Positions 1 to 12,797 are shown, counted from the stretch's first letter. The stretch: DNA of 64,000 nucleotides from Mobula hypostoma (GCF_963921235.1 NC_086097.1:5952001-6016000); one strand, 5' to 3'. The notes: generated by a model from the letters alone, not told the origin. Program-made: numbers and translations.

Positions 1-245
1 ACCCAGACAGAATATAAGGAGTTGCTTCTCCTCCGTGAGGGTGGCCTCATCTTGGCACAAAAGGAGACCATGGATCAACACGTCAGAACAGAAATGGGAA
101 TTAGAATTAAAATGTTTGGTTACTGGGAAGTCCCACTTGTGGTGGATGAAGCAGAGCTGCTCGACAAAGCAGTCCCCAGTTTGGGATGGGTCTCACCAAT
201 ATAGAGGAGGCCACATCCATAGCACAGACCCCAGCAGATTTGCAG
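1..245 (-). mobile_element. Penelope-like element fragment (GIY-YIG endonuclease C-terminal part)
   Basis: Minus-strand translation gives HFNSNSH...HGLLLCQDEATLTEEKQLLIFCLG, matching the Penelope copies at 23384-23611 and 52214-52450. Confidence 0.75.
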
Positions 246-504
246 GTTAGACTGCACTGATTATACTATATTTACAATGTATATATTCATGAATAATGTT
301 TATCTCTAAAATTAAAGAATATAATCTGAAAGTGTTTTTGCAATGGTTTCCATAATGCATAAACTTCCTTTGTATACTGATACTTAAATAGGCCCCTTCA
401 AAACAATGTTCCACGGCTCTGCTATTGAATTCACTAATTCATTTAAAATTGTGAACTTTTCTCTGGATCTAAAGATCAATTACTAGGCTATTTAATTCTG
501 GGTG

Positions 505-640
505 CATCTGGTCCTGAACAAGGTTCTTGACCTGAAACATTGTTTATTAATTTCCATTGATGCTGCCTGACCTGCTAAGTTCCTCCAGCATTCTGTGTGC
601 GTTGCTCTGGATTTCCAGCATCTGCAGAATCTCTTGTGTT
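505..640 (+). mobile_element. Penelope terminal (pLTR) fragment with degenerate hammerhead motif
   Basis: gatgctgcctgacctgctaagttcctccagc...ccagcatctgcag is shared with the other Penelope ends; ctgaaca-agg...cct-gaaac at 514-538. Confidence 0.7.
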
Positions 641-1627
641 TAGGCTATTTAATAATTCCATGTAGGAAACTGCACTTGCACATGGTTAAATATTGCATTA
701 TTTGTGAATAAGAAGCTGTCACATAATCAGTTCGGGTTCTTCTATCAGGTTCAAACACATGAGTTTGACAATATTTTTTCTATTCATACATTTATTGTAC
801 ACACAAGTTACAAGGCAGCTGATTAACACACAAGCTTTGAAAATTATGACTTCTCAAGATAATAAATAGTTTATTCGTTGCAATAGGACCATCTTTTTTA
901 ATGACAAAACATGCCCTTGATGAGAGCAGAAAAGACAATCTAACTTCTGGTTTATAGTCTGGATGGAGCAACATTTACATATACTGATTGCAGTGTTGTT
1001 AATCATAAAGGTAAGCCACATCTTACAGCAATTAGCACTTTCTTATTACTTCAACAGAGAATCATTAAATCTAAAATACGCGTGTGGGTGAATTGAAAAA
1101 TGATGCATTGATGTGGCTGTTGTGCTTTTTATTCACCCGAGGAACTATCTGTAAACTTCCTCACTTTGATGAATAGGATTTTATTCACAATGATTTCTCT
1201 GTATGTATCCAGAGATGGTAATGGCACTTTGTTAAGGATTCACTTTGCAATTCCAAGCTGTTTTACATAATTCCATTTCTACTAAAATAATCCATTAGAT
1301 GAAAATTATAGTACTTCATACATTTCTGGCACAAGCGGTGTAACAATATATTCCAATTTTTGTGTGACTGTAGCAAAATAAACAAAGTACTTTGCAACGA
1401 TGTTATCTACAGTAATTTTTTTTTTTCTGAATCCTGTAAGCTACTAAGATAGAAATGTAGACCAGTACATCACAGGGTAAACCCTTCTGGCCCACAATGT
1501 TATGCCAAACCAGTTAAATTCGCAATCAAATAGCCAACTAAAGTAATCCCTTCTATTTACAAAATGTCCATATCCTTCAATTTTCCTCTCATTCATTTGT
1601 CTATCTAAACATCTATTTAAAGACTGT

Positions 1628-1695
1628 AGGGTGGCGAGGTGGAGATACATCTCTAACGAAAGAGGTGTAAGGTACTCCTTCTCTCCACTAGCCTT
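1628..1695 (+). mobile_element. 5' fragment of RTE-related SINE
   Basis: gggtggcgaggtggagatacatctct...ctagcc matches the 5' ends of the copies at 30225 (+) and 40652 (-). Confidence 0.65.
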
Positions 1696-1874
1696 AGAAA
1701 AATAGAGGGCTATGAGTAAGCCTAGTAATTTCTAAGGTAGGGACATGTTCGGAACAACTTTGTGGGCCGAAGGGCCTGAATTGTGCTGTAGGTTTTCTAT
1801 GTTTCTATGTTTTTACTGAACCTATATCCACTCTTATTTCTCCTTTATTTTTTACATACTTGAAAAAGCTATTC

Positions 1875-2140
1875 CTAAAGTTTAAAGGGAACATTAGGAG
1901 GGGCTTCTTCACACAGAGGGTGGTGGGAGTGTGGAATGAGCTGCCAGACGAGGTGGTAAATGCGGGTTCTTTTTTAACATTTAAGAATAAATTGGACAGA
2001 TACATGGATGAGAGGTGTATGGAGGGATATGGTCCGTGTGCAGGTCAGTGGGACTAGGCAGAAAATGTTTCGGCACAGCCAAGAAGGGCCAAAAGGCCTG
2101 TTTCTGTGCTGTAGCTTTTCTATGGTTTCTATGGTTTCTA
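1875..2140 (+). mobile_element. CR1 LINE 3' end
   Basis: FFTQRVVGVWNELP...FKNKLDRYM followed by a (tttctatgg)n tail; near-identical to 36886-37140 (-). Confidence 0.9.
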
Positions 2141-2450
2141 TCCACCTTGATATTTTTTGCTAGCTTGCTTTCATATTTCATCTTTTCCCTTCTACTGATT
2201 CTTTTAGTTGCTCTCTGTAGGTTTTTGAAAGCTTCCCAGTCATCTATCTTCCTGTTAATTTTTGCTTTGTTGTATGCCCTCCCTTTTGCTTTTACAATAC
2301 CTTTGACTTCCCTTGACAGTCATGGTTGTACTTTTTTGCCATTTGAGTATTTCTTCATTTTTTAAATACATCTATCTTACACCTTCCTCATTTTCCCCAA
2401 AAACTCATGCCATTGCTGGTCTGTCATGAGCCTGGCCAGCATCTCCTTTC
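2141..2450 (-). mobile_element. CR1 LINE ORF2 internal fragment
   Basis: Minus-strand KMKYESKLAKNIKVD resembles the CR1 linker region (cf. YERKLAGNIKTDCK in 46082-47320). Confidence 0.7.
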
Positions 2451-2547
2451 GTAAGCAGAAAATAAAAGGACGTCTCAGCTCACTGTGCAGTCTGCTGGAA
2501 GCTAGTACTTATTGCCTGTTATGCCATTGGTCTTTAGGGCAGCAAAG

Positions 2548-3017
2548 CCATAGTCATAGTCATAGTGATAGTCATAGTCATACTTTATTGATCCCGGGGG
2601 AAATTGGTTTTCGTTACAGTTGCACAATAAATAATTAAATAGTAATAAAACCATAAATAGTTAAATAGTAATATGTAAATTATGCCAGGAAATAAGTCCA
2701 GGACCAGCCTATTGGCTCAGGGTGTCTGACCCTCCAAGGGAGGAGTTGTAAAGTTTGATGGCCACAGGCAGGAATGACTTCCTATGACGCTCTGTGCTGC
2801 ATCTCGGTGGAATGAGTCTCTGGCTGAATGTGCTCCTGTGCCCAACCAGTACATTATGTAGTGGATGGGAGACATTGTCCAAGATGGCATGCAACTTGGA
2901 CAGCATCTTCTTTTCAGTCACCACCGTCAGAGAGTCCAGTTCCATCCCCACAACATCACTGGCCTTATGAATGAGTTTGTTGATTCTGTTGGTGTCTGCT
3001 ACCCTCAGCCTGCTGCC
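2548..3017 (-). mobile_element. Rex1/Babar-type LINE 3' end with (GACTAT)n tail
   Basis: ORF ...NVSHPLH...RHRKSFLPVAIKLYN; (catagt)n on the plus strand; near-identical to 33814-34275. Confidence 0.85.
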
Positions 3018-3264
3018 CTCCATTACTGTCAGAGCTTTACAAACAAATGTAGAAGGATTCTTCACTGCTATTTCCATCACACATTTATGGATTCATATAA
3101 CCCATTGTAGAAACTTGGAGGAAAACTTGGAATCAAATTACAGTCTGACATAAAGGTCAAATTTCTGGCACTACATGAAAAGAACCTTCCATGTGGAAGA
3201 CACTAAATTGGATCCAAATCAGGCACGGGCCCCGCTATGGTAACTTAATGTGACAAAACATTGT

Positions 3265-3655
3265 TGTGGATCCTAGCAACCCATCCCACAACTCTTTGAC
3301 CCACTACCATCAGGGAGGAGTTACAGTAGCACATGGTCTAGGATTGCCAGACTATGTAATAGCTCCTTCCATCAGGCTGTGCGAATAATGAACACCTTGC
3401 CACTACCAAAGTATAGCCACCAGGACAGCGAGCTGTTTACTGTTTATTGCACTGTCCTCTATTCATTGTACACCTGTGTTGCTCATGACAGGCATACTGA
3501 TTGATATTTCATTTACATATTTATAGTAATATTTTGTTTTATGTGCTGTGTGTGATAAATGCTTTGTGGGTGCACCATGGTATGGAGGAACATTGTTTCA
3601 TTTGGTTATATACATGTGCAGTCAGATGGCAATAAGCTTGAACTTGAACTTGAAT
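3265..3655 (+). mobile_element. Rex1-type LINE 3' end
   Basis: LFDPLPSGRSYSS motif and (ttgaac)n tail. Confidence 0.7.
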
Positions 3656-4334
3656 GCATGCATTAATGGTATCCTAGGAGGTGTGTCAAATGTGACAGTG
3701 GTTTATAAAGAAACTTTCTGACTTCTTCACAAATTTGAGGTGGAAGTGTGGAGATGCATTTTCTTCCCACAAGCATTTTACACTAGAGACCTGTGTCCAA
3801 TTTAGACTTGTTGGCACAAGTTCCAAGAAAGTGGGGGGGGGGCAATGTAGGAGGGAAAGGTTAGACTGATCTTAGAATAAGTTAAGGGGTCATCGTGGGC
3901 CAAAGTGCCAGTACTGTTCTATCCTGTTCTATGTTGTATGTTCTATATTATTAAATTGAATTATATGAAAGAAGACACAGTAATACCAATGGATCTCACA
4001 TAAAACATTTACTTGTTACTTCAGACACTATTTGAGACTGGACTATGTATGACTGGGCTTTCTTTCTTGGCAAGATGGCACCAAGATGTTGACAGACTTG
4101 GCATTAGATATCACATTTAGTCAATGCATGCTGTAATGAGGGGAGGTTATACCGGCATCTGCAGTCCAAGCAGAAAGGAATTATTTTGTTGGCTCTGTGG
4201 AATTAGGTGGAAAATCACTGACAGAGATCTATTTGCTAATATTCAGTTGTACTGTGCATTGCAGCATTCTTGAAAATAACCCTCAATGATTTATTTACTT
4301 TATTTTATTTACAGATACAGCATGGAAAAAGAAA

Positions 4335-4470
4335 CAGAAATATGAGAAAATCTGCAGATGCTGGAGATCCAAAGCAACACACACAAAATGCTGGAGGAAC
4401 TCAGCAGGTCAGGCAGCATCTATGGAAAAGAGTAAACAGTCGACGTTTTGGGCCGAGACTCTTCATCAGG
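4335..4470 (-). mobile_element. Penelope pLTR fragment with hammerhead-like motif
   Basis: Minus strand cctgatgaagagtctcggcccaaaacgtcgactg, followed by the common Penelope terminal sequence. Confidence 0.8.
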
Positions 4471-4733
4471 GCCTTCCAGCCCAGTAAGCCGCACCACCCA
4501 GCTCCCCACCTATTCAACACTAAGCTAATCATGGGACAATCTACAATGACCAGTTAACCTAGTAACCAGTACGTCTTTGGACTGTGGAAGGAAACCAGAG
4601 CACTGGAAGGACATCCATGGCCTCACAAGAAGTACACACAAACTCCTTATAGACGGCGCGGGAATTGAACTCAGAACTCCGATGCACCGAGCTTCAATAG
4701 CATCATGCTAATTACTACACTACACTGCCTCCC
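4471..4733 (-). mobile_element. tRNA-derived V-SINE (HE1-like)
   Basis: Reverse complement of the V-domain (ggtttccttccacagtccaaagacgtac) and a B-box-like gttcaattcc. Confidence 0.75.
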
Positions 4734-4779
4734 CAAAATGTTTTTCAAAATTTATTTATTTATTTGTTTAATGTAGAGT

Positions 4780-5035
4780 CCGCCCTTCCAGTCCTTCAAA
4801 CCCCCCCCTGTCCAGGCAACCCCACAACCATAATTAATGCTAATCTAATCACAAGGCAACTTGCAATGACTAATTAACCTACCCCATATATCTTTTGATG
4901 GTGGGAGGAAACTGGACTACCCAGGGGAAACCCAGGCGATCACGGGAAGAACGTACAAACTTCTTACAGACAGTTCAGGGAATGAACTCTGAACTCTAAT
5001 ATTCCGAGTTGCAATAGCATCACTCTAACCGTGAG
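4780..5035 (-). mobile_element. tRNA-derived V-SINE (second adjacent copy)
   Basis: Same V-domain and tRNA-like head as 4471-4733. Confidence 0.7.
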
Positions 5036-5619
5036 AATACAGTAATCTAAAGTGATCCCAAAATGTAATGAGAAGATATAAGCATATGAAAAAGATGTGC
5101 AGGTACATTCCAGGTTGTATGTTCTATATTTCTATCTAACATTCCTGAACCTGCCTCATACCCATTGATTCCACTTCTATCTAAAACCCTAGTGTTTATG
5201 CCCATGGCACAGCTGGCAAAACAAGACAGAGAAGAAGAAGAAAACTTCTACAAATTACTTGGGAAGAGAATTCCAAATATACATTGCTCTCTAATTGAAG
5301 AAATCTATGCTAATCTGAGTCCTGAATATCTCCTTATTTTGAGACTGTGAAATTTAGTTCTAAAGACATTCTAAAGACAAGAGAAACATTTCAATAACAC
5401 TCACCTTATCAAGGTTCCTAAGGATTTCAATGTTTCAATGAGAGTTGTTTCCATTCTTCCAAACACGAAAGAGAATGAGGCCAGTCTGCTCGATATTTTC
5501 AGATAATCTGGGTGAAAATTGTCATCATTAAAGCTTATATATAATAAATTAATACATCCTTTGCATGCCATCTGATTTTCCTTTCTAGTTCCAGATGTAC
5601 AGTATAAAGAGGATTGCTG

Positions 5620-5842
5620 ATACCCTTCCACCTGCTTTCATCTATCACCTTCCAGCTTCTACTCTTTCCCCTCCCAACACCTCCTTATTCTGGCTTCTTC
5701 CCTCTTCTTTTTTGAGTCCTGATGAAACGTTAGACTGTTTATTCTCCTCCATAAATGCTGCCTGACCTGCTGAGTTCGTTCAGCAGTTTGTGTGGGTTGC
5801 TCTGGATTTCCAACATCTGCAGAATATATCTCTTGTGTTTTT
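5620..5842 (+). mobile_element. Penelope 3' region/pLTR
   Basis: Pyrimidine-rich tract, then agtcctgatgaaacgttagact and the Penelope terminal motif. Confidence 0.75.
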
Positions 5843-7369
5843 GATTTGCTGATACACTGCCCTCTTTTACAAACTGGACTATTTTGTGTTCCTAAATTTA
5901 TAATTTTTTGCACAATTTTGCTGCTTTCAGATGATTTTATATTCATAACTTATAAATGTTACCATTTGCTCTTTCCTTCTAAACAGATCAGGAATGATTT
6001 TTGCTCCTAAATGTAGGGAATTTCAATCAGAGAGATCATTGTCAGGGTGAATCAGAATTAAACTGTGTGCCTTTAAATGCTAAAACCATGTTTATTAATG
6101 AACGTCTTTGGTAGACTGGCTGGGAAGATTTTCTGACCAAGATAGCTTATTGCATTTGATGTAATAAATTAAATTGTATACAAAGACAGAATAATTCTTC
6201 CTCCCTGGCTGCTATCTGTTCAAAACAAAATCATGAAAGTAACAGACTACATTGTTTACCTCTAAATTATGTGGCTCTTGAAGATTTTTTATGGCTTATC
6301 AGCTGCGGATTGGAATATACCATGGGATTTCACTCCTGGAATCAGTTTTCAACAAGTGCATTTTAAGCAGCCATAAACCAAAATGGTCTAAAATTGGCTC
6401 AAATTTCTACCCCAGCATTGCACAACAAACCAAGTTATTCAATACTGAACTTGTCAAGCAGTCTGAACTGATAAATAACCCAGAATAACTGGTTGATACA
6501 AAATCAAAAAATCTTCCGTTCCTTTACTTTGTCACTGAAAACTTATTAATCACAAAGATATAACCAGGATATTTCAGAGTTCAAAGTTAATTTATTATCA
6601 AAGTACATATATGTTGCCATATACAACACTGAGATATATTTTCTTGTGGGCATACTTAATAAATCCATAACAGAATAATAACCATAATAGAATCAATAGA
6701 GTGCATGAACAGGGCATTGAAGCCAAGACCGGTTATGTCCAGCATCTTTTCTCTTCATCTTCTCTCAAAAGACAAAAGCTCACACCAGCGTTGGGCACAA
6801 ACTCCCCCCTTCCAGCCTTCTCTCTTGATTGGATGGCTCTGTTGGCCAGAAGAAATTTCAGTCTGAACAAGGACCGGGAAGCAGACAAGCCAGTTGTCTC
6901 TGTTTCTCCCTTTTTGCAGACTCCGAACTGATTCTTGTCCTGGGACAATCTATTCAGAGCAATAAACCTGAGACCATTCTCAAAGGAGTAGCTACTTGTT
7001 ATGTAAAAATCCCGATCTGCAAACGGTAATCTTGTTAGAATCTGGGTTGCCTCATTTAACTGGTTTGGACCAGTCAGAGTGTAAAGCCACAAATACACAA
7101 GGCTGGGACGGGCAGAGCCATGAAACGATGTTGGCTGTAGCCCTGTACAATGACTAACAAGAAGGTGACCCAGGTAGGTCAGGTGACATTGAGCCACTGG
7201 GCTGGAGATCCAATGGTTAAATTGATGAGGAGCAGTATAAGACTCAAGAGCTCCAAATATGCCGGGGAGATAACTCTCCAGCAGCCAGAGACCAACCATC
7301 GCAGATAAGGAGGACCCCATGGACACGTGGAGATCGGGTCCACAAGGAACGCCTGGCCAGCGTGGACTT

Positions 7370-7954
7370 CTTTGCCGGGTGTAATTCAGCATGAAGAGAA
7401 TAATGTTCTTTGTTGCGATGGCATCAACCATGACTAGGGCCATGGTCAGTCTTGTTCCAGAGCCAGTACAGTGGAACGATGTGTCAACAATGATATCATT
7501 GCTTCGAAGACACTCAGTGAAAAAAAATTTTCTCAACGGACACGGGTAATACAGTACAAAGGAGAAATGAAGGACTCAAATTTGTATTATATACAGTAAT
7601 GAAAGAGAACTTCATGATCCAATGCACTGATACAGATGAGTATCTGTGGGACTATGTTGTTACTAAGTTACCACCAATTCCTCAATTGACTGCAGACTGG
7701 ACACATGCTGTGGAGGAGGCAAGGGAGATCATCCATCAATGGACAAAACACACTGAAGTTATTAAAACACATGCTGGTAAGGCAAATGAAATATTGAGTG
7801 TCCCAGGCTTTTCGAGTAAGTTTTAGAATTGGGGACAAATGTTCAAATACATCCATGGGTAAGAATAGTATCACATGCTGCCGTAATACTGATTTTAAGT
7901 ACCCTGATAATTGTATTGCTCAATGTATATCAACTGAGAAGTTGGAAGGCTTAA
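7370..7954 (+). pseudogene. env-like membrane glycoprotein C-terminal remnant (frameshifted)
   Basis: Amphipathic segment (DWTHAVEEAREIIHQWTKHTEVIK), W-rich stretch and hydrophobic IHPWVRIVSHAAVILILSTLIIVLLNVYQL immediately before the PPT. Confidence 0.55.
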
Positions 7955-8618
7955 ATAATAGAAAAAATCGAGGATAATGCAGAGATGATTATCAGTATAA
8001 AGTGAGTGAATTTAGATAGTAAATGTTAATATTTTTTATAGAATGTAAGTGTTGCACACTTACTGGGGTTCCATGGCAGTCCTATGGTCAGTCAACTGAA
8101 TGAGAGGAGGATAATGATCCTAAGATAAATATCTTTGGATCAAGAGGAGAGAGATGTTGGCCAGAAGAAAGTGCAGTCTGATCAAGGACCGGGGAAGCAG
8201 ACAAGCCAGTTATCTTTGATTCCCCCATTTTGTGGAATCTGAACAGTTTCTTGCTGTTGGATAATCTAATCAGAGCAACTGAATGTGGACACAGGATGCT
8301 CCAGGTAATGATCTACTAAACCTGAGACCATTCTCAAAGAAGTAGCCATTTGTTATGTAAAGTACATGGACCTTGAACTGATTCTTGTTCTGGGACAATC
8401 AAATTAGAGCAATAAACCTGAGACTATTCTCAGAGGAGTAGCTACTTGCGTCATGGTCCGGTCCATGATGTCCGGATTCCAGTTCACGGTCCGGTCCATC
8501 GTTCCTTATTCCAGATTTTCTGGTTTTCCCTTTTTCTGTTGGGTGCTCTAATTGAGGCAGCTGATTCACATTTTGGGCTGGCTACATAAATAGCTCCTTG
8601 GTTCAGCTTCAGTTGCTG

Positions 8619-8974
8619 AGTTGCAGGAAGTATGGGATACAGAGAGAGATGATGAGAATTAAACTAAGGGAGTTGGGGATGTAGGAATTCACATTAAAAG
8701 GGTTGCTGGGCATGGGTGAGAGAGCACAAGTCCGGATATTTTTAGCGTTTTTAAGGGGTACAGGGGTTTTTTATAGAATATGACGAATAAACAGGAATAG
8801 GATACTAGGATGGTCAAAGATGGGAGGGTGAAGTGTAGGTTTGTGTGTGTGTGTGTGTGTGTGTGATTGGGTGAAGGGATTTAGAATGTGTCTAGTGCAC
8901 ATTCTGGAGCAGAGGGTGGCGGTAATGCACCATTAAGCTGGATGCCAACCGCCGTAAAACAAGATACAGACAGA
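8619..8974 (+). mobile_element. Nimb/I-clade LINE 3' end
   Basis: Perfect 15-bp TSD cagcttcagttgctg (8604-8618 and 8975-8989); C-terminus CRKY...FLAFLRGTGVFYRI*; 3'UTR gtggcggtaatgcacc...gccaaccgcc. Confidence 0.75.
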
Positions 8975-9072
8975 CAGCTTCAGTTGCTGGATTGTTCCTG
9001 TCCAAACCTCCTGTCTGAATCCCTTTGCTTCACCTTCCTCCTGGAGCCTTGCCCTGCAACCTGTGTCTGGAG

Positions 9073-9330
9073 CTGTCTCTTGCGTCCATGCCTCTGCTGG
9101 GTAGGTCTGGCTGTTTGCTGCTACCTAGTGTTGGGAACTGTCTCTTGTGTCCATGCCTCTGCTGGGTAGGTCTGGCTATTTGCTGCTACCTAGTGTTGAG
9201 AGCTGTCTCTTGTGTCCATGCCTCTGCTGGGTAGGTCTGATCATTTGCTGCTACCTAGTGTTGGGAACCGTCTCTTGTGTCCACGCCTCCACTGGGTTGG
9301 TCTGGCCATTTGCCACTACCTTGAGTGGAA
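9073..9330 (+). repeat. 65-bp minisatellite, about 4 copies, inside the solo LTR
   Basis: Unit ctgtctcttgtgtccatgcctctgctgggtaggtctgg...ctagtgttgggaa starts at about 9073, 9138, 9203 and 9268. Confidence 0.9.
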
Positions 9331-10754
9331 ATCTGTCTCTCAGTGTTCTGTATATGAGCCCAAGCCCTGGCCCTATGTCCTGTTTCCAAGGAGGGGTCCT
9401 AGCTCGGTGTTCCATGTTCCTGCCTCTCCCTCGACTGGGGCTCTGCGTTCCTGCCTCTCCCTCAACCAAATCAAGGCTACGTTTTCTTGCCCAGGCCAGG
9501 AGTACCCTGCCAAGCCTAGTGCTGGATTTCCCTCATCCTGTCCAAGCCATGTCCAAGAACCTCATCCTGTTCTGTAGCCATGTCTTGTCCTCACCTGGTT
9601 CTGGAGTCTGAACCCAAATCAAGACCCTGGTTCTGGGTCCTTGTCCAGTCTGTGGCTCGGAGACTGAACCCAAGCCTTGTCATGTGCTAGCCATGAAGAA
9701 CCCAAGCGATGAAATACCCAAGCCATGTCCGGTCCTGTAGCCATGTCATGTCCTTGTCTGCTTCCAGGGTCCGAGCCCGAGTCAAGATCCAGGTTCTGGG
9801 TCCTTGTCCAGTCTCTGACTCAGAGTCCAAGCCCAGGCTCCTAGTTCCCAGTTCCTTGTCTTGGTCCCATGTCTCTTGTCCAAGTCCTAGCCCAGGCCTT
9901 GAATCCTGGTCTCACCCAGGGCTTGTGTCAATGTCCAGCATCATTTCTTCCCCACTTCCCTTGCTGCTTTGTCACACCTAGTTCTGGTCCTAGTACTTCA
10001 GTGTCTGTGTCTTGCATTTGGGTCCACCTCTCAACCAGCCCCCCCACCCGCCTTTATGACAACCTGTTTTGTAAAATGTCAGACCTGCAATCGGTAATCT
10101 CGTTAGACTCTGTCTGGGTTTCCTCATTTAACTGGTTTGGACCAGTCAGAGTGTAAAGAGACAAATACACAAGGCTGGGGTGGGCAGAGCCATGAAACAA
10201 TGTTGGCTGTAGCCCTGTACAATGACCAGTAAGAAGGTGACCTTGAGCCAATGGGATGGAGATCCAATGGCTCAATTGATGAGGAACCGTATAAGACTCA
10301 GGAGCTGCACATACGCAGGGGCGATAACCCTCAGCAGGCAGAGACCAGCCATCGCGGATAAGGAGGACCCCACGGACACATGGAGATCGGGACCACGAGG
10401 AACCTGGCCAGTGTAGACTCCTTCCCCAGGGAATACCTTTTCTCTTCACTGACTGTTCATGGAGTGTCAGGGATTCTAGTAGGGTGCACATGGAGACAAT
10501 TTGTGAACCCACGTGCTTTTAGTTGAAACAATAAAAGTTACCTGTTGGTAACTGCAGATTCTCTGTGCCTCATGATCATTATTATAAGGGGTGATCCTTG
10601 TAACAGCTCACATTCTGAAGTATCTCTAAACTCTGCTTCAACAGAAAGATCATTACATGAAATACCCTACAAGGTTAGCAGTGCAAGCTCTATCAGCACG
10701 TTATGTAGTGTGTGTAGTGTGTAGTTATATATAATGTGTGTGTTCATATTTTTA

Positions 10755-11030
10755 TAGAGATACAGCACGGAATAAGCTCCTCCAGCTCTTTGAGCTATGC
10801 CATCAGAAACACTGATTTAACCCCAGCCTAATCACAGGTCAATCTCCACTGAACATTTACTTTTCTCACTGGTACGTCTTTGGACTGTGGAAGGACACCA
10901 GAGCAGCCGGAGGGAAACCAGCAGCTGGCAGGAAGGATGTAGATTCCTTACGGATGGCAGCAGAATTGAATTCCGACCTCTGACTCTCTAGTCTGTAATA
11001 GTGTCACACTAACTGCTACGTTGTTGTGAT
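10755..11030 (-). mobile_element. V-SINE
   Basis: gtacgtctttggactgtggaagg, the reverse complement of the V-domain. Confidence 0.7.
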
Positions 11031-11379
11031 GGCCCATGGTAAAATGTTTTTTATTGCATGTTACTGCTGCCTCAAAACAGTAATTCCACATGTACGCCAG
11101 TGATATTAAGCTGATTCTGAAGTCTCTGTATGATGATGAGAGCGGTATTTTAAGGACCAATGTTACACTTCCCAGAGCTGCAGGGGAATATGACCAGGGA
11201 TGGGAAGGCTAGGTAACAAGGCGAGAGATGTCCAGTCAGTCATATAAAGATTGCTCAGTATAGAAAGCAGAAAGGTGGAGAGGGGAGGATGTGACTGCTG
11301 TGGGACACCAGTGGGACTCTATCCCATTGGATCACACGTGAACCCATCTGACTTAGACTATAGCCATCCATAACCCTCC

Positions 11380-11743
11380 TGTCACAACCACGGATTCGGC
11401 AGTGCAGTAGATATAGTAATTGTGCTTGTGAATATGCACGTGTCAGCTAATTACTATTTCATTGTGATAGTATTTAACTCCATTCTTGTCAGTGAAGTGC
11501 TTGTTGACACTTTGTTGCCTGGCATTTGGCCTTGCCTGAGAAACTGGACAGTTGCGTCAAGTGTTCTTTTTAGCCGCAGTGTAGGCTTCATTTTCCATTT
11601 GAAAGTTTTAGTTACGGCCCTATTTGCCCTAGTGTTTATTGTTTTCTTTTCCCTTTAACACTGTTTGTGTTAAAGTCTGTGAACTATCAACCCGCTTCAA
11701 TGTTTCTCACTCTGCACTTGGGCCATATCCGAAGCCAGTGACA
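11380..11743. mobile_element. Solo LTR inserted in a CR1 3' fragment
   Basis: TGTCAC...GTGACA termini with perfect flanking duplication ccctcc (11374-11379 and 11744-11749). Confidence 0.85.
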
Positions 11744-12309
11744 CCCTCCCATCTATGTACTTACCCAAATTTTTCTTAAATGTTGAAATCAAACCCACAT
11801 CCACCACTTCCACTGGCATCTCCTTCCTCAATCTCATCAGCCTTCACCTTAATCCATGACCTCTAGTTTTAGTTCCCCCCCCCAATCTCAGTGGAAAAGC
11901 CAATTTGCATTTACCCCAACTATACTCCTCATAATTTTGAATACCTCTATATTCAAGGTCTCAACCCTAAATGCTGACCGTCCCCTTGCTTCTACAGATA
12001 CTGCACAATCCACTCAGCTTGTCCACCAGTTTACATTTTGTTCAGGACTGCATCATCTGAAAGCTCTTGTGTCTCCATGTCAGACAATAAGCCTAACTGA
12101 CACGCAGTATTTGCAAGTATGCAAGAGTATTTCAAAGGATGGCATTAATTCCCTTCCTATTGCTTATGCCGAGGGAAGAGCACAAACAAAGAATAGTACA
12201 GAGCTGGATCAGGCCTTTCATTCCAAGATGTCTGCATCGAACATGATGCCAAATTAAATTCTCTTGTTCCTGAACATAATCTCTGGGACTATTCATATGT
12301 CGATCCAGT

Positions 12310-12797
12310 GTTCATTGTCTGTTGTATTGGTCGATGACAGGAAACTTTTGCGGGAGATTTTAAAGTGGAAAAGCAGTGGTATTGGATCAATTCCACTTTC
12401 TTGACTTTGGAAGTCCATGTCCAGTAATATAGGTAGTCGTCACAAACTGGGTCTTCGTTGTTTGCAGTGGATGACCATGACTACTTCTGTCCCTTCGCTC
12501 TCCATGGACTGTTACAGAACAGCCTTCCTGGCTATTGCATCTCACCATTAATCTCATTCACCCTAAGACAGGCATGTCCCGATCTCACTGGGGAATGAGG
12601 CCCTCCAGTTACCTTCACCTGGCCTAGCCCACCTGTGGAAGCAGTGTACCAGGGTGTGGCCACTGTCGCATGCAAACAGCTACCTGGAGTCACAGGTGAG
12701 CTGAGTGTCCAGTGGGGACTAAAGGTGAGTCAGCTTCCTCAGTACAGAGACAACAAGCCCCTTCACCAGAGGTGCTACCCCTCCCCGGACACCACAT
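12310..12797 (-). mobile_element. Non-autonomous RTE-related element
   Basis: Diverged reverse-complement match to 14171-14668 (ggggtagcacctctgg...ggggcttgt; catggtcatccactgcaa...gaagaccc). Confidence 0.6.

Larger units (their letters stand above)
8449..10061. mobile_element. Solo LTR inserted into the 3' LTR of the ERV-like element
   Basis: Termini (c)gtcat...atgaca; 5-bp TSD acttg/acctg; the host LTR resumes exactly afterwards. Confidence 0.8.
6840..10605 (+). mobile_element. Internally deleted LTR retroelement/ERV-like: partial 5' LTR (6840-7370), env-like remnant, PPT, 3' LTR (8112-8448 + 10062-10605)
   Basis: 6840-7370 is repeated directly at 8155-8448 and 10062-10420; polypurine gagaggagga at 8102-8111; AATAAA and terminal ...tgtaaca at 10605. 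Confidence 0.8.

Noticed and set aside
6733..7536. 267-aa minus-strand ORF
   Set aside because: Antisense to LTR sequence, no recognisable domain, and not maintained in full in the second LTR copy.
7391..7549. Apparent signal peptide MKRIMFFVAMAST...
   Set aside because: Closes after about 52 codons; more likely an off-frame reading of the decayed env-like region.
9073..9330. Regularly spaced repeats resembling a CRISPR array
   Set aside because: Head-to-tail units with no unique spacers, eukaryotic LTR context, no cas genes.
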